Assembly: GCF_964204645.1 (NCBI RefSeq)
Contig: NC_134025.1
Location: 27,260,299-27,324,298 of the forward strand
Reading direction: 5' to 3'
DNA: 64,000 bases
From: Tubulanus polymorphus
Lineage: Eukaryota > Animalia > Nemertea
Under the pieces are notes generated by a model. The model was not told the DNA's origin and did no database searches. It saw only the letters and a list, made by a program, of their open reading frames with translations. How positions within the stretch are numbered: the stretch's first letter is position 1; the number at the start of each line of letters is the position of its first letter. Both the position numbers and the translations under genes were made by a program. Shown here in pieces: positions 1 to 54,283 of this stretch.

Positions 1-149
1 TCGTCACTCGATATAGAAGGAGTAGTGTTACTGTAACTATTACTAATCTTTACCTGCGTATGGTACCGTGTTTTATCAATAAAAGTTTTGCTCATACAAG
101 AGCAATATTTCTCACACGCTGGGCATAACTCATTATTAATAAAGTACAA

Positions 150-1300
150 ACCTTCCGTTGAATTATTGCTTTTTCGCGCTTTGTCGTTGCACAGTTTGCC
201 CCGTGCGCGGATTAGCAATTAATGGGCAAAATAGCGAATTTCAATAATTTCCTGCGACAACTTCAAAAGCTACGCGCGCAGGACAAGTTGCGAAGGGTTT
301 ATATTGATGAGGTGTGAATATGGTGCAGATTTTTGCATGACTATCGAGTATTGATTGATCGATCGATTTATAAATAAGTCGTCGTTCGCCGTTCGTCGTG
401 CTTCTCTCACGCCCTACACGCCGCGCAGCGCTGCGTTTTCAAACGTTTCATGCGCGAATTCGCGTTATTACGAATGATCTTTTCTCGACGGAATTTGTGT
501 TATTACGAACCGATCTTTTCTTGACGGATCTTATTTCGTATCATGAAAAAAAGTCCATCCATTCAACCACCTCCGCCGCGCGAGGCTCACGTTTCTCGAT
601 TCTCGTATTTCTGAATAACTTTCAAGAGTTCAAGCGCTTTATAACTATTTAGAGTAGCTCGGCAGGGGATGTAAGTGCTAAATGCCAACTAGATATGATT
701 CCTCTCTACATTGACGACGATGATGATGATGATGACGATGATGACTAACTTGTCAATATCCATAAATAAAAGCTACGTTTTACCTCATTCATCGACGGCC
801 GAGTTTATATTGGTGTAACACCAAACTTGATTGGATAAGAGAATTAAACATTATTCAGGGAATAATGGCGAGGATGTTGCAGCAATAACCGCAGCGCGCG
901 AGTCTCACCCGCGTCTCGTACATCAGTTGATTTATCTAATAAATTTCATGCGATTCCGTGCGAATGAATGGGAAGAGATTTTGTGAACGGATTTCCAGAA
1001 ACATGATTTGCGCGACGAACGCTAACGCCGCGTGAGCGAGAGGTTACCTGTAAGTGGGCTGCGACAACTTCGACGCTTCCAGTTTCATTGACTTTTTTTA
1101 TTGACTCGCCGAACTGTTTATCGATTACTGAAAATCGAAAACGGAACTTTATTTCAGAACTTTCTCGATTGAAATAAACTCCGCACAAACTTCGAAATGT
1201 CACAATCGAAGCGGTATTTGCCGCGATTGTGTAGTCTTGTGATAAATGATGACAAATCTGACAGGTTTTTCCGATTTGTTGCGAAGGGCGTCTTATGATA
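150..1300. promoter_or_regulatory. CpG-rich, promoter-like region (possibly bidirectional)
   Basis: Visibly dense CG/CGCG words compared with the CpG-poor blocks at ~4.2-6.9 kb; TATAAATA near 369-376; several donor-like GTAAG/GTAAC sites on both strands. Compositional impression only. Confidence 0.35.
713..745. repeat. (GAY)n trinucleotide microsatellite
   Basis: gacgacgatgatgatgatgatgacgatgatgac. Confidence 0.85.
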
Positions 1301-4300
1301 ATATTTGCTTACAAACTAAAGCGGTTTTGATTATGTTTGCTAATTACTTAATCAATAAAAGCAGAAAAAAAGCGATGTCTGCGTAGAAATCGAAGGAAAA
1401 AGTCGCTTCAGAAAATGCTGGAATGATTATTTCCTTCTTAAAACCGAACCTGGCTGTAGGTCCCCCAATTGAATATCGCGTTTCTAGTAGTATACTTAGT
1501 ATACATACCTGGAATACCTGTGTATAGCGACGCTGTACATTTCATGCGGATATTCGAAACAAAAATTAATTTCCTGGACATTTCCGTGATAGCAGCCAAT
1601 CAGTTGGATTGTCGGACAGGGTGACTCAAGCAGCTGTCGAATTTTGATGGATTTCATTTTCCGCTATATTAAACACAGTAGTGCAGAAATACGCCTGCAT
1701 CGGAATCTTTCCGTCTCTGGAATTCTTTGACATGAATTTATTTCAGAAGTCAATTGGTTAAATGGGTTGAGCATGTACGGAGCGCTGTACCAGATATATC
1801 ATATAGGAAATGACTGCTGATTTCATATTAGGCTTCATTTATCAATGACAAAGTTTATATCCCTACATCTCGGCTGGTTTCTTCGTTACAATTTAAAATA
1901 CATATATTCAGAATTAGATTATATTTCATGAGAGATCGTTAAACATTCCCCGTATCCTATAAAAGCTTTCAACTGGGACCCGGGTTAATGATGTAAAGGG
2001 CGAAGCCGAGCAACTTATGGCGCATCCGTGAAATAACTCGGACAATCCATTCACAGAAGCGCGCATAATCAGTTATGTCAGTAATCCACGCTTCCTAGCT
2101 CCGACCATGGTTACTTGAAGAGACACAAGACTTCAGAGTCTCTGGGTAACAATGAGATGCTAGTGGTCACAGATTGGTTTAACCAATTGTAGTTATGAAA
2201 ACGATTATTTATTTTTGGTCACTTGTCCGACATAAAAGGAGGGGGCTCGTGTTTGCTTAATTTTCATTCATTTCTCGTAGGCAATTATCATTAGATTTGC
2301 TCACGTTTGAATGGATTTCAAATGAGAGTGATAAACGTAAGATAATTCAAAGGCGAGATGGATTAAAACGAAGTGACATCAGGCCCTTGGAGACTGCCCA
2401 CAATAATAGTCCCTGTATGCAAAACATTGTTAGGAAGATTATTAACAAAACATGTGTGACCATTGAGTAAAGCATTGGCGTATACTGTAGAAATTATTAA
2501 AATGATAATTCATATTTCGCTGGCTGTAGCAGAGTTTCGACACCAGATGTGTCGACAATTTATTCAATTATGATACAATAACGACAAAATTGAAAAAAGT
2601 ATCTTCGCTATAGTGTGTCTAAACACGTTCAGACGACCGAACATGAAAAAAGAAACTTAAGATTCCGAAACCGAAGATGTAAATACTGAAGTTTCCGAAG
2701 GTCCAACAATGGAAAACGTAACCATGAACTTTCACCATGAAGTAACTTCGTATGTCAAGAAATGAACAGTATTTCCGCAGTAATGAACTGTCCATAGAAC
2801 GAAGTACTTGGATAATGCATTAAGTAAGTCTTTGATGTGTGTCAGCAACTCTTCGACAGATAAAGAATTATTTCCTCTCATAAACATCCGTTCCTCCGGG
2901 GGTTATATTCAAGATTAATGTAAAGCCGTTGAACGACTCGTCGTCAGAATTTCACCTCAGATAAGTAGAGAAATAAATGAGAGAAAAAAATGAACGCGTA
3001 AATCATTTAAAAACCGTGTTAAGATTGACTCATCGGTTCGATCCGATGTTGAATCATTTGACGATTGATTTCATAATTGTTTCGTTCGGTTAAAACGCGG
3101 CGATACTGGATTTAAACAATAAATCGACTGGCATTTTTTTCCTCTACGCCGCCGCGAACATTGTCGCGTCTGAATATTCAATCACGACATGCAATCGCAC
3201 GAAACCTGGCTTTACACATCATCATACACACAGTAGAATATATTCATTAGTCGATCGCTACTGCAGCGGCGGCAGCGACGAATAAAAACCTATGTGAAGT
3301 GTTTCACTCGATTCATTGCGTGATTTTTCCGTCGATCACTCAGCCAACAATGAATGACCCCCCCGCCGAGACAATGTCATAAAATAATGAACGCCAAGCG
3401 ACGTCGATGATGACAATATTTGCATTGGTTTCATAAAACGGTGATTTTCAGCTGAACGTCGCTGCTGAGTTAATAACGAATTCGACGCTTATCCAAAAAG
3501 TGTCGACGTTTCATTTACGGTAACTAAGGCGGTATTTCCCTAAAAGACGAATTTTTGACAGCTTTCCTGTAAAACTAGTAGATGAAACTTTTCTGTTTGA
3601 TTAGACAAATGACACCCCCTCCTCCCTATGACATTTGTCCGTGAAGACTCTATAAAACTCTCACTAAGCTCAATAGTTTTGATGAGTAATGGCTTCAGTT
3701 TTTCCATCTCCTCAATTCACTGAATTGTTTAAACTGTTGTTTTATTTGCGCCTGGAGAATCATCTTTGGTTTCACGCCCACAACTTGAAAACCATCTAAT
3801 TCAGACGAATATGATAACTGTTTATCGTTGACAATCTGATTGACTCCAGTGGTTGCGAGGTGAATTACGCAATGTTAACTGTGTCCTTAGTTTGCTTCGG
3901 CCTCCGGGCAGTTCTTCTCCTAGAATAACGTATTTACCCCTGAGCATTGGCACGGGTGGATCTTCATGCGATACTACTCCCCCATAAATGCAAGGTTAAA
4001 ATTTCAAACAGCTCTGTCATTCATTTGATATTTGGAAATAGAAAAATGGGCCCAAATTCTATAGTGTTGATGATGAATCAGCATCGAAATCTATCTTCAA
4101 TAGAAATATGGCAAAACTTTCAAGGATTTATCAACTTATATACTTTTTATATGGGAAAGAGTTTAGATAGGGGTTTGTCCATAGAAGCCATTTTGAATCG
4201 AGTTCAAATCCCCACAAGGAATGTATGTATTGACAAAGTATGAAGTGACTTTCTTATTCATTATTGTAAGTAAAATGATTTTGTCTACTGAAAATAAGAT

Positions 4301-7300
4301 ACAGGAATGATATATTGTACTTGGGAACATGGATGTAGATGAAGATATATTTAGTGACAGGCATTAAGGTGGCAATGTGATAGCTGATTAATGGAATCAA
4401 TGACTCAAGTTAATCAGCCAGAAGAATACATTCACATGTGTGGAATAAATGATGGCTAGTTGCTCAGGTCACAGTCTTACCATAGATGAAACCATATAAT
4501 TAAAAAAGGCTAGTTTAAGTATAGTATTATAATTCATCAGCTCAACGTTTTAGTTATTCAAAAATTGGAAGATTACCTCGATCATTCAGTTAGGTTCTGT
4601 ATTTCACAGCCAGTATGAAAGAACCGGATGAAATTAGACCCTGATAGTCATTAATTTCAAAAGTTTGAGTTTTAAAAGCTTCGGCCCCTGGATGAAATTA
4701 CATCTAGTATTGTTCCATGGTCAACAACAGATTAACAATATAGCATGTAATTATTGCTCACTTCACAAGTAGTTTTGACCATTACCGGTTTGTATTTGAC
4801 CAATGATGCCCTCATCTTCACAATGATACCCCCATATTGGCTTTATTTAACTTTACTCAGGGTGTATGTATGATTAAGTGACAAACACCCAAAAGTGGGT
4901 CAATGTGCAAGTATGACCTAGTTAACAGGTGTAATTACACAGTTGAAAACTGAAATCCCCAGAACTAACAATTCTAGGCTTTCAATTTGTTGGTGTCCCT
5001 CCTTTATCATGAATTAGTCAGAATTACACATTTTACCAAAGTCGGAAATATGAGCCATCATGTAAATATTTGCTGGATGTGGTACTCTTTCATTTCACAG
5101 TTTGGACCATCCAGCATCATTTATTCCTATCATCGTCAGAAATCCATCAATTTTCATTATTAGTTTCATTTGTTACCGACAATAAATGTTGTACACACAA
5201 ATTTTTTCGAAAGTTTCATCTGAAAAAACTATTATCTCGACAGCTTGATGTATTTAACTGGCGGTTAAAAAGTTCCATTTATTTAATGACATCACACGCG
5301 ATCTCTGTATAGAGAAACAATAGAATCTACACTCACTGCAGGGTCTTTATCCATTCTATTGTTTTCACTCTTACTAGTAACAAAAGGTGTAATTTATCAA
5401 TTTAAACAGTTGAGTGTCTCATCTATTCAAAAATACCCCTAGATTTATTACACTTAAACTGAAACCATTTATCTGTCCACTGTGATTTATCTATACATAA
5501 ATCTTTCTTTCGGGATCGCTGTTCTAAAGCATTGAGAGCATTCGATTGGAAATCATTTCATTAAAAATATATTAGTTTTCGACAGTCAAAAATGGGAGAA
5601 GTGCGTTTTCATTCCTACATTTCAGAAAAGCTTGTTGAATAGCTCAGTTTTTATGAATGGCTGACGTAACTTCAATCAAATCAATCCAATGCGATAAAGA
5701 AAAAAGTGGCATTTCATTTGATATTCAGATTCTGTTACTAGAATAACTTCTAATTAGAAGAAATGAAATTGATTTCACCCTCCTTCGCTACTCGCCATCT
5801 GCTTAGGGCAGCACGAGTCTCCAAAACACAGCTCTCAGGCAATTCTAACCATGAACAAATACTGAGGGTAATTTGATACTTTAATCATTGAAGCGTTTGA
5901 TTAATGTTTGGTTGAATGGATTATTTTTTAGCCTGAGAATGTTGCATTTTTCAATAAAATCTGTTGATATGAAATAATTTTCCCAGCTTCAATGACCGAC
6001 GAATATTTCGTAGGAATAAATTTTATCGTCGCTAATTGAATAGAGACGATCAAACTATCAAAATTTACTGCAAGTTTAAGAGTAAAAGATTAATCTGAAA
6101 AGTTGTTTATTTATGGACCAGCTGAACTTTTATATACGAACTTTGTATGAGAAAGTTCCATTCTACATACATGTCTCCTTATCTCTAATGATATTAACAA
6201 TTGTAAAAGGTTGCTGGGGAATTTCAATGCTAACAAGTCTCTCACTTAATTATCATTCATCCAACTGATAAACAATCAGTGTTAATAGTTAATAATCAGG
6301 TGACAGCAGTCTGAGAACTACAGCAGTATTTACTGTACTCGACAACCTGTAATGTGATAATCAGTGATGATACTATATGGATCCAGGGACTTCCTAGATG
6401 AGTCCAAGCAATCAGAATCAAATTACAAGTTCGAATTCTTTTGTCAAAGGATAGAAAAATCTCGGTCAACGAAAGCTTTCACTTTTGAAACCAATTTAAA
6501 ATTGTGTTTTCTGAAACGCTTTTTGACTTTGTGTCATAAAGCACACCCGAAAATCATGTCAACAAAGTTTTCGACAAAGTAAATAAGATTTTCAGGGGAA
6601 GGTGCTCACTGGGTCTCCGGAATAAATTACTCCCTTGGGCAATAAAACAAATAACTTTCACAAACACAATGCCCAACCTCAGTGAAGAATGGAAAGTAAA
6701 TATTAACTGAAGGCTTAGCCCTGTCAGTCAGATTATCACCCATGTGGAAGGCCTGTAATGCTACCATTGGCAATAATATTTTGTCAATTAGTAGGTGAAC
6801 AATAGAGGAGGCTGGGTCTATTCTATAGTCATAGAATGGTAACCTGTTGATGTAGGAACATGGCTACTTCTGACAGCTGTCCCTTCACAGTCTCCTCCGC
6901 TCCAGTCTATGAACCACCAGGACGTTATACTAGTTAACTATATGGATTATCATTAGAGATTGTTGAATACTGTGTTACTGTCATTGAACTCAAGTTCTAC
7001 TTCTCACATGTTCTTTATGGATTTAAGTGTTTGACGCTGAGACGACTGACTCCAATTCGAAGAATTGTTTTCTCGTTGAATATTCAAATGAACAGGAATT
7101 TTCTTACATTTTTGTGGCTGTACTATTTGTGAGTTGACACTTCAATCCATTTTGTATTTCAATGGTATGTCTCAAAACAAGCGTGCTTGGCAGACAATAT
7201 AACAGTTATGAAAGTGCTTAAACGAGGATATGAACTAAAAAAAAGGAAAGGAAACCTCAAACATGGAAAGGAATATGCTATGCCCGGTAATGTAGACAAT

Positions 7301-7336
7301 TGTAGATAAAAAGGTGAAGTTAATTTTTAAGAAAAC

Positions 7337-7471
7337 ATGGAAGATCAGGACGACACGGAGCATTCGTTAGCTTTGTTCTACAGGAATGTCTTAATGTCGA
7401 AATCAGCCATTTTTGGAAAGAAATACATTTATGCGAAATATCGCAAGCAACAAGCAACAAAACCATACGTG
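7337..7471 (+). CDS. KIF26: candidate distal alternative first coding exon of KIF26 (MEDQDDTEHSLALFYRNVLMSKSAIFGKKYIYAKYRKQQATKPYV)
   Basis: AAACATGG start context, 45 open codons, ends GTG|GTAAGT in phase 0, matching the phase-0 acceptor at 17892. No homology recognised. Confidence 0.4.
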
Positions 7472-10400
7472 GTAAGTTACGTCGTCTTCATAGTAATAGC
7501 TCAAAGATTCCAATGAATTCGAGATTTAGCGGCGAATTTTGAATCCGAAATTTAGAGCGTTCCCAAGAAATTTTATAAGAAAAAAGGGTTGACCTTCTTG
7601 AAAGATGTGGTCTCTTCGTTCTGTTGTTCTGCTATATTTTTATATCATTGTTAGCAGTTTTCATTGTGTCGTTTGAAAGGATATTGTAAATTTCCGGTGA
7701 ACTATATAACAATCCTTTGGGCCTCTAGCTATCGGGGGCCCCAATCATTATTCTCCCGACTTAAGTCGCCAGACTGCTCTAAGGCAGCCTTCCGAGATTC
7801 TCTGTTGTTTTTTGCCTGACTGAGCTGCGAGAGTTTGTGAAATTCAGTCCGTTTAACGGGCCGCGGGCGCTGAGCATGTGCGTGGACATCGGACAGTGGA
7901 GGAAAATGTACCCGATTCGAAGTGTGTCATCATTAATGAATCGTTCACCGAATGATGTTGTAGCCAGGAGGAAATGAGCATTGAAAAAAACCTATGACTT
8001 TTAAAGAAACTGATTAGGGAAACCAGTGAAGGGTGCTTTAATAACTATGTAACAGAATACTGTTCACTCAGCCAAACGTACATCAGATTTTCATGGTCAA
8101 ATTGAAACAGTGATAGAATTCCTGTGATTATTTTTACTTCCGCCTGTGAAGCGAACAATGTGTTGCTTTGTTACGATTTTGACATGCCTGCAAAACTTGA
8201 ACATCGACTAACAGCCCGTGAAACAATTAGCGACTCCGGTGTAGAAACGCATGTTTCACTGGAGGTTTAATTGCGTTTGCTTCGGATTAAAAACGACATC
8301 GCCCGAACAATAAAAGCTACATCGCTATTTCTCGGGGGTCAGAAAATGTAATGGTCTCAATGAGTTTCCCGCCCAGCATCTGCCCAGCTGTAAAGCCCGA
8401 TGTTCGGAATCTTATCCACGTCGCCATTGATGGAGGAAAACAACTTTTGTTATCGACAATGCCCGATACTACAATATGTTATAATTGAGTTCGTGGATGA
8501 CTCCTCCTTCATACTCACGAGATGAGTGCATGCCTTTCGATAAATTTCGCAGCTTCCTGACCGGTCCAATCAACACGTGATGTATCAGTTCAACGATGTT
8601 TGACTAATCTCCAGAATCATGAACAACAATGAACGCGCTATAAAAGTGGCATTTTCAGTCTGTTAACTGTCTCTCTTTTGGTTATTTTTTCATCGTCAAA
8701 TTCTAATCCATCAAACTAGCCATTGGTCACTACACTCATTCTATAGAAGGGATTGCTAGATAAACTCACCTGCAATTCACAAAAAAATTGGGTAAACATC
8801 ACCTAAAATGAACAGTTGTTTGCGAAAAGGCACCGGGGTTGTTTTCGATTGTGACATTTTGATTGTTGGCGTGGTGGACATGTTTTCAAGTTGAAGTCGG
8901 GATTGTTGTCATCGAGTGACACGTCTATTGTTGACCGGTGGTCATCTTTTCAGCCATCGTGATTCTTGATACAAGATATTCCCAGGTAAGAAAAGATCAA
9001 CAGATAATGCTAATAGCAATTGAATATCAGGTTTCAGTATCTAGGGTCCATTATTCCGGGTTATTTACTTGACCAAAATCAAGCCTTTATGGATATAAGC
9101 AGTTATCTAGCCTGAATCTGTTCCACTGGTGCTTTATTTGGAATACATCTTACATTGGACCATAAATCATTCTGTTGTTTGAAATGGATTTTAGTTTGAT
9201 CATAGAACTTTTGATAAAAGTCTGGGAAAACAAATACATAAATTCCATTGTACAATCTTATCTAAATCCTATGTTTATGCCTTTTGATTGTTTTCTGGTC
9301 AAGTCAAGTTGATAAACGTGATCTCGTGCTATCGGCAATCTGGTAAAAACAAAGAATTCAGGGTACGAAAACTTTGGTTAAACCTAGCTGGAATAGCAAC
9401 AATTCTTTGATGATGTTTAAGAGTGAGAAGCAGATTGCTGTTGCCAAATTTCAGCTGTTTGGAACTATAGTAAGTAATGTCTACTGCAGACATCCTTCTA
9501 TAGACAATGTCAATTGGAGGTCATCTGTTACTAGGCGATGTCACTGGGCTTTGAATTTTTTGACTGATTAGTTAAAACGTCTTGATGAGTTTTGACATTA
9601 TCTTTCATTAGCATCAGTAGTTTGTCTGGATGCACACTGATCAGTAGCCTACTGGATGCTGAGTGGTAGTTGATAAAATTATTGTAAAAAATATCCCACG
9701 ATACTGTTATATTTGATAAGGCAAATTATCTCTGTTGGATTTTATCTCCAAGCTTCCTCTCGTGGTTCACTATTTTCACGATGAGACAGATCTTTTGTTT
9801 TTGTTATTTACCGGTCATACATCGTGGCTCTACGACCTAAAACTTTCCAATCAGGATAATTGTGTAAGTGTATTTTAAGTTACAAAATCTCATAAAATAA
9901 CTCTCCTCCTAGTTAATGTACATTGCTTCTATGAAAGTATTCCATTATTGCCATCCTCAAACAATGGAAGTTATTTACGAACCTTAGGAAATGATGAACT
10001 GGCTGCGAAAGTAAGTGCCATTGGTAATATACTAAAAGACCTTGAATTGTGTTTTCTTTATATAGACCTGATTGAGTGTCTACCCTTGTATATATGGAAA
10101 GGATGCTAATATGATAGTCTGTATAGAAAGCAATAACCAATGATAAAATTGGATATTGATGGGGATATCGTAGGGAGATTTTCTCGAACAAAGTAATTCA
10201 GTATCACTAGTTCTCGATAGTATGATAGGGACTGCGATTGATTGTCGCGGCCAGATGTAGCCCTATTGTCAACAGCGGGCTGTATTGACAGTGTTGCTGA
10301 TGGTTACTGCACGGAGTAATCCATCGCGAAAGAACTGTCGAAGCAATCAATTAAAAACCTTATTAAATTTGATTAAATCGAAAATGTGGGCTACAATATC

Positions 10401-13400
10401 AATTTTATAGTTGCTGGTGTAATATAATACTGCGCTGGCAGGCGGATATATCCCAGTCTGTGGAACGTCATCCTCAGTTGATCTCGTTCAGCCTTGGCAA
10501 ATTTTTTTCCAATTCATTGAAATAGCTACGCTATATCATAACCATATGACATGAGGTATCTTCCTTCAAGATCTCAAATATAATCAAGTATTATCATGGA
10601 AATAATGAAAATTTGAGAAGTATACCAATCAATTGGCTGGAATTAGTTTGATGAGTCATTTGGATCATATTTTAGTTCTGTTCTTCACTACACTAAATCT
10701 CTTGGCCCTGTTCTGGTAATGTGGCACATTGGTCCTTGAATCTGTCGTGTACAGATGTTGTCTTCCCCGAGAGTCGCAGCTCCAGTAACACTGAAAGTCA
10801 ATCACAGTCTCACATTGATTCCGTTAAATATTCATACTGTTTTACATTCTGTCATCTAAACGTCGTGTCACTGCAATTCCTTATGTCTACACTATTCCTA
10901 GTCGCTACAATATCTGCATAACCCTCTATCGAACTAACTGACCTTACGAAGCATCTCTATCTACGATGAATTTATACCTCTGAGCGTAAACAGTAATGGG
11001 GCAATGGGCTTCTAGGTTTGTTTTGTAGCTTCGGGTGGTTCCAGGTCATATTTGGAAGCTCGTATTCGCCATAGGCTACTAAATCTACATGGTTGCCCGT
11101 GGGCCTCGAATTCCATCAGGCTTCTACCAGGCGAATGGGGTTAGTTAGGTGCTTTTGCTGAATGCCTCGGAGCGAAGTGTATCAGTGGGAAGCTTCACCG
11201 CCAGCGGCATTCCCGGGGTGAATCTTTCACTATTGTCTGACCTGGGAATTGGGCATCAGGATTCATGGGTAATTTGACACTTTCATTGGTAAGAACTATT
11301 GAACTTATGTATGACAAAATAACTGTTGGTCCTGTGACAATAGAATTCCTCGCACCATTATTAGTTATATAGCAACATACTCGAGTACCTGGAATTTCCA
11401 ATAGAAAATATGACTTGACCCACAGGGTTTTGGCCTTTTACTTGTTAGAAAACCCTCGGGCAGTAATGCAGGAATGTACTGGTAACATAGCACTTTGTTA
11501 TACTATGTTGCTTAAGTCGTTGGACCATGACTGATTTTATACTGCAAAGCCTTAGGCGAATAAACAGTAAAACTAGTCATAGACTTAAGTGAAGTACTTA
11601 ATAGACAATTGAGAATCTATTGTCATATTTTGTCATCGTTTAACAAATAAAGTAGCGTCGAAGATGTCCGGTCATTTATGGAATTCCAGTTTTATGGTAT
11701 GAGCCTAGAATTTTAGTTTCCATCACGAGATATGTGACAAGAGGACTTATCTTAAATATCCGCAGATGTTCTAACCCTAATTCCTCGAGGCTATCTCGAT
11801 AGATTCATTCTGATCTATTTTATTGCCAGCCTACGGGTAAAAGGAAACCTTCAGATATTTGGAGTACCTTAAGCTTATTGTCTGGGTGAGTGAAGCCTAC
11901 GGCCATCCTCAAAGTTACCTTCCCCCCACGCTACCATTCTAAGTTATTGTCCAGTTCAAAGCCACGAGCAAAAATGCGTAAAAATATCTTCGTTGACATA
12001 GCCTTTGGGGTACGTGTGCATTAAATCTCAGGCTCAACTATGAATGGACGCTCTGATAGTAGCCCTGAGTAATGTGTGGCAAAAATTTCTTTTCTATGTG
12101 AAAAACCACCCAGAGGTGCTGTTATCTCGGAGCATATTTAAGGGGATTTGTGTTTGATATCATTGCCCCATGGAGACATAGTCACAAAAAAATGCTGATA
12201 TTGGCGATTTCTGGTCTGTTTGTGAGTAGGCGAAAATGCTCAACGATGGGAACGTGTAGATTCATTATGGATAAAGTTGCTAAGAAAAGCCTGAGTATTA
12301 TTTTCGACGTATTCCGTTTCATTGTATAACACATGTTGAGTTATCATTTTCCGCTTTTGCTTTCTATTTTACTTCATTTCCTAAAAAACTTCCAGCTAAT
12401 TTCCTTTCTAACGATACACGCGTCATCTATCAGGTGGATTTTAGTTAATTATGGTTTCAAATTCGTTTTGGTACGCCAGTATAAACCATAGTCGCCTTCC
12501 CCTCTGTATTGTTTTACTAATTGGCTCTTCAGCTAGGCTGCATTTCTAAATGGCTACAACTTCGTAACTTTGATGATAAATTTTTCAAGTGAGGGCTGGT
12601 AGAAACATCACAGCTGTGCTCGATGTGATGCCAATCGAATACAGCTATCCAGTAAATTACAGGCAAAATATTCGAATAATATCTAAAAAAATTGAAACAA
12701 AGAACCTTTGAATCTTGGCCCACGTTTGATTCATTGAATGTACTGATTATGAGGCAGTCAGTTGTCAGTCGAAATTATTTCTGCCTCTGGTTTTAATGAA
12801 CTAGTTCTCGATGGCCAAAACAATGAACCTGTTGTCATGACAATAGAAAACATGGACAAAAGATGCATCCATCATATCACATCATGTGCCAGCCATCAAG
12901 TGGGACCACATTCTGGTTTCCAGCCTCCGGGATGGGGGGAACTCTTTCTTCTTAAATCTATAATTAATTGTTTTTGCAGACATCTATTTTTCCGCTGTAT
13001 CAGGGCGATGGTCTCAATCAAATGACAAAGAAAAACTTGCACTCAAAGTCTGATGGCCTTTTTGTGTAAAATAATCTTCATGGTTTTAATCCGTAATAGA
13101 GAAGAATAACGTTTTCAATAAAAATAGGTTTATAACGTTAGCAAAAAGTTTCAGGTCACGAGAGTAAAGAAATGCTTAGATATTTGAGATGTAAGTTATG
13201 TACAGTGAACTATATCAAAATGTCAGTGAATTCCACTTAAACATGTTTTGCTGTGTTTATTTCGTATTGACTTGTATTAACTCAGGTACAATCATAGTCC
13301 AATCAGGGCAGTGCAGGGCAGTGCTGGTCTTTTCACGGAAAAGTATTTCAATTTGTGAAATCAATTGATCCTTTAACGTAAAGTAAACATGAACTTAGTT

Positions 13401-14404
13401 TTCTGATTAATAGAAATCTATTTATACTTGTAATATGTGCTCAATGTAAAGCCTTTAAGCGCTAAATCCGTGAAGGATGGCCCTCTTCACCTATTCAAGT
13501 AGGGAATAATATGTTTATTTGTTTCGCAAACGTGATTAACTTTTTCATTACAAGATCTTTTCATTACAATACAGCTTCAGAAAGCGTTATCATTGAAAGC
13601 AATGATTAGAATGGTTTTAGTTCGTTCAAGCTCGGAATAATCATTAATCATTCTAGCATCATTTTCCTAACAGTGTATTTTCTGCAGATATATTCTTTTA
13701 GAATTCACTTTTGAGCAACCCTTCGATTAAGCAGTAAAGATCATTTTTCATTATTAGCATTTACACTTTTTGGAAGCATATCTGTCAATGAATGAGATGA
13801 AGGTTACTTTTCATAAGAAAATTAGTGCTATGTCATGTTGCTTTTTAGTTTGAACTTCAACCGGACTAATTGTGTTGTGAATATAAGTCAATTTTCTTTG
13901 ACATATTGGGTCATCGATCACTTTTAGGAAACCCAGGATCCAGTGTAGGCGGAGCAATGTATGTGTCAATCACCGAGACCCGGCGTTGGCCAGTGCGTAG
14001 TATTGTCAGCAGGTGGCTGTGTGTGTGTACTACTACACATTGACATCCCGACTCTTGAAGAAGTAATCGCGAGACATCGCCATATCGGATTTTACTTTCA
14101 AAGTTCTAGAAAAAAGTTTTTTCTTTCGTTTCAATCGGCTGTTTTTTGACTAGGATATCATCGTGAGAGTAATAAACATATCCGTTTTCAAAAATCGAAA
14201 CATGAAATTCATGTTCGTCCGACTATCAACAGATTATCACTATTCGAGAAGATATAGCGTTTATGGATTAAGGATTTTAAAACTTTTTCTCTGTACGCGT
14301 GAAGGATTAATGCGTTATTAGCAGATTAAGAAATTGTTGTATTCAAGTTTGGATAGGTTTAAAGAAGAGTAAGTTTGGATAGGTTCAGAGGATTGTAATG
14401 CAAT

Positions 14405-54283
<39,879 letters not shown>

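Noticed and set aside
784-792. Minus-strand MNE mini-exon as the start of an AKT gene (KIF26 lies near AKT genes in vertebrates)
   Set aside because: Three codons cannot support an identification and no AKT sequence is visible in the window.
398-13025. Many 60-100 aa ORFs upstream of and within KIF26 introns
   Set aside because: No recognisable domains, mostly GTG/TTG starts, and lengths expected by chance in AT-rich non-coding DNA.
14345-14385. AAGTTTGGATAGGTT direct repeat, considered with the 36-bp pair at 21903 as CRISPR-like
   Set aside because: Only two copies, no spacer array, no cas genes, and a eukaryotic context.
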